Assembly (NCBI GenBank): GCA_963805925.1
Contig: CAWDWB010000005.1
Span: forward strand, 18,247 to 82,246
Length of the DNA: 64,000 nt
Reading direction: 5' to 3'
DNA from: an uncultured Acidobacteriota bacterium
Lineage (GTDB): Bacteria > Acidobacteriota > Terriglobia > Bryobacterales > UBA6623
The notes below the pieces were generated by a model. It was not told the DNA's origin. It saw only the letters and a list, made by a program, of their open reading frames with translations, and made no database searches. Positions 63,647-64,000 of this stretch are shown here, piece by piece. The first letter of the stretch is position 1, and every line of letters starts with the position of its first letter. A program made the position numbers and the translations under genes.

Positions 63647-64000
63647 TGATGAACGAACTGATTCTGACCGCTGTGCCGATCGCCGTTTCGCTTGGAGCGG
63701 TGTGCTCAGTATGGATACTGACTCGCCGAATAGCCGAGTTGCGGCGGCGCGTGGCCGGCGCGGAGGCCGAAAGCCGCCTATTGAAGAGTCGCCTGGACGA
63801 CGCCTTGGTGTTGTTCGAAGCGCGTCTGTTGCGCCTGGAAGGCGTGAAGGGCTATGCCGGCTCACGATCGAGACAACGCCGGCATGCCGCCGATCTGGTG
63901 CGGCTTGGCGGCGATCCGTTGGCGATCGCCAAGCGCTGTGAACTTCCGGCAGTGGAGTTGCAGGTCCTGCTGCAACTCGACGAACTGAGGAGCCTGGGGC
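63646..64000 (+). CDS. Partial ORF: TM + coiled coil + HTH-like tail (DUF2802-like flagellar-cluster protein); 3' end outside the window
   Basis: Not in the ORF track because it has no stop in the window. Hand translation from ATG 63646 (TAATG overlap with the upstream stop): MMNELILTAVPIAVSLGAVCSVWILTRRIAELRRRVAGAEAESRLL..LVRLGGDPLAIAKRCELPAVELQVLLQL.. . Confidence 0.45.
   Translation, partial: MMNELILTAVPIAVSLGAVCSVWILTRRIAELRRRVAGAEAESRLLKSRLDDALVLFEARLLRLEGVKGYAGSRSRQRRHAADLVRLGGDPLAIAKRCELPAVELQVLLQLDELRSLG

Noticed and set aside
1-64000. Looked for CRISPR repeats, IS/transposase or integrase genes, rRNA/tRNA, retron/DGR-like reverse transcriptases and known defence-system ATPases or nucleases
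   Set aside because: None was recognisable in the ORF translations or by visual repeat inspection. The window looks like core chromosome plus flagellar loci, with one decayed zone.

Overview
High-GC bacterial chromosomal segment with about 70 genes. It looks most like an Acidobacteriota genome of the Solibacter/Bryobacter type. That placement is an inference from three things: an NHL-repeat protein with a Solibacter-type C-terminal domain, an acidobacterial-type VWA protein, and several DinB and BlaI/BlaR1 family members.

Gene content:
- DNA repair and housekeeping: uvrA, recA, tadA, an rluD-like gene, tdh-kbl, msrB-msrA, rlpA.
- Transport and metabolism: a tandem pair of BASS-type transporters, two 2-hydroxyacid dehydrogenases, a PfkB kinase, a GMC oxidoreductase with two YceI paralogues, GT9 and GT4 glycosyltransferases, a sulfotransferase, and a Tat-signal enolase-superfamily enzyme.
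- Flagellar block A (15.7-19.9 kb, minus strand): flgM, a flgN-like gene, flgK, flgL, behind a near-consensus sigma-28 promoter.
- Flagellar block B (43.7-48.3 kb, minus strand): flgF, flgG, flgA, flgH, flgI and a rod-binding-only flgJ.
- Flagellar block C (48.5-64.0 kb, plus strand): fliK, flgD, flgE, fliN, fliO/P, fliQ, fliR, flhB, then a BlaI/BlaR1-like pair, then flhA, flhF, fliA, fliM, a fliN/Y-like gene, and a DUF2802-like ORF that runs off the window.

I recognised no rRNA, tRNA, CRISPR array, transposase, integrase or known defence system, and I do not see a convincing novel multi-gene system.

The observations most worth a second look:
1. A BlaI/BlaR1-type repressor/protease-sensor pair sits between flhB and flhA. 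It has its own sigma-70 promoter and a dyad. A hairpin occludes the flhA ribosome-binding site.
2. Several apparent frameshifts fall at short homopolymers: one in tadA, one or two in an MBL hydrolase, one in an esterase relic, and three in the BlaR1-like tail.
3. There is an in-frame FliO-FliP fusion, a 92-aa FlgD, flhF without flhG, and two SpoA-domain switch proteins.
4. FlgK and FlgL share a central module of about 170-200 aa.
5. The 35-41 kb zone holds truncated and decayed genes and a 540-bp non-coding gap with a long GNRA-capped hairpin.
6. A sigma-54 activator with no sensor domain is present, and sigma-54-type promoter matches lie upstream of fliK.

All family assignments come from reading motifs in the supplied translations. 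No database search or computation was run.
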